This document shows, piece after piece, positions 63,271-64,000 of a DNA stretch of 64,000 bases; the first letter of the stretch is position 1, and the number at the start of each line of letters is the position of its first letter. A program made the position numbers and the translations under genes. The stretch lies in the IMG/VR virus record IMGVR_UViG_3300013121_000043. The stretch is one strand, 5' to 3'. The DNA is from an uncultured virus (IMG/VR IMGVR_UViG_3300013121_000043) (Duplodnaviria > Heunggongvirae > Uroviricota > Caudoviricetes). Under the pieces are notes generated by a model. That model was not told the origin of the DNA. It worked only from the letters and a program-made list of their open reading frames with translations, and searched no databases.

Positions 63271-63544
63271 TTTTTCCTGACAAATAACCTGACAAGCCTC
63301 TACAGTGTTTTTGTAAGTCATTGTTATGAAAAGAGTTACATCAGATAAAGCTCCTCCCTTTCAAGGAGGAGAATAGCCTGTCACACGCTGCTGTCAATAA
63401 GCACATGTTGCTAAAAACTGCTCTCAATAGCCGCTATCTGCTGCATTTCTCCTCTCTACCACCGCACTATTGTCAACAATAGGCTTGGGCAAAAACGTAC
63501 AGATTTCCACAAAATAGCCTGACATAGCCTGACAGAGGCTAGCC
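63271..63544. other. candidate attP region
   Basis: AT-rich; CCTGACA direct repeats at 63276, 63288, 63518, 63528; central CTCCTCC-CTTTCAA-GGAGGAG. Confidence 0.6.
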
Positions 63545-63571
63545 TAAAATTTCCAGGGTTTTGCGGCAATA
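63545..63571 (+). promoter_or_regulatory. TAAA-N16-GGCAATA promoter motif
   Basis: TAAA atttccagggttttgc GGCAATA. Confidence 0.75.
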
Positions 63572-63657
63572 TCCTTTGCCGCTCCTCTAGCTCCCGGCCC
63601 TGACTCCGGGCAGGTTAAACTCAAAAGTAGATTTCTTCCTGCCCTGAGGAGACTGTC

Positions 63658-64000
63658 ATGGCCGAGGAGCAAAAATCGCTGCAGTGGTGGCGCGACCACG
63701 CTGCTGCGGCCCGCGAGATGGTGCACCAGCAACCGGAATCGCCAGAAGCATGCTGCCTTTTGGCCATGTCCCTGGGACGCTGTCGCATCATGGGAGGTGA
63801 GCTCGACTGGAAGTTTTCCGTCAAGCGTGCCATCTACGCCAGTGATGCGTTCTTCCATCTCATTGAGGAGTTGCTGGATCGGGTGATGGATGTGGCCTGG
63901 CTGCACCAGCTACTTCCTGAAGCGCTTCCCGATCTGACGGCGTTGATCATCTCCCGGCGGGTGGATGTCATGGCCGTGCAGTTGACTCTGGGCGAGGCGT
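63658..64000 (+). CDS. hypothetical protein (3'-truncated)
   Basis: GAGGAG RBS; MAEEQKSLQWW... open to the window end. Confidence 0.65.
   Translation, partial: MAEEQKSLQWWRDHAAAAREMVHQQPESPEACCLLAMSLGRCRIMGGELDWKFSVKRAIYASDAFFHLIEELLDRVMDVAWLHQLLPEALPDLTALIISRRVDVMAVQLTLGEA

Noticed and set aside
62204..63280. 358-aa plus-strand ORF (also 61189..61941 and minus-strand 51613..52764)
   Set aside because: Antisense shadows of well-supported genes in GC-rich DNA

Overview
A 64-kb segment of a large, probably temperate phage or integrative element; it is GC-rich, and its protein families point to a Planctomycete-like host. Positions 1-50 kb are an almost entirely plus-strand accessory region. 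About 100 tightly coupled micro-ORFs (45-95 aa, rich in Tyr/Arg/Trp/Cys/His) dominate it; many start with M-I-[YH]-H-[SC]-K or M-I-x-P-A-S-[HY]-Y, and they lie in four arrays. The region also holds three short sigma-70-family genes, a P-loop kinase, a PcfJ-like protein, an AAA+ ATPase, a SpoU-like methyltransferase, a thermonuclease and a TnpB-only IS200/IS605 element. Thirteen copies of a promoter-like motif TAAA-N16-GGCAATA (12 in this region, one at 63.5 kb) and intrinsic terminators organise transcription, and some units appear to encode only structured RNAs, including a ~560-nt highly paired RNA. Positions 50.7-60.3 kb hold five large Pro/Gly-rich proteins segmented by K-x-A motifs (probable virion polyproteins). 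The window ends with xis, an RpoD-like sigma, a tyrosine integrase and a candidate attP whose core resembles a tRNA-Glu anticodon arm. All family calls come from motif recognition by eye; no database search was run.
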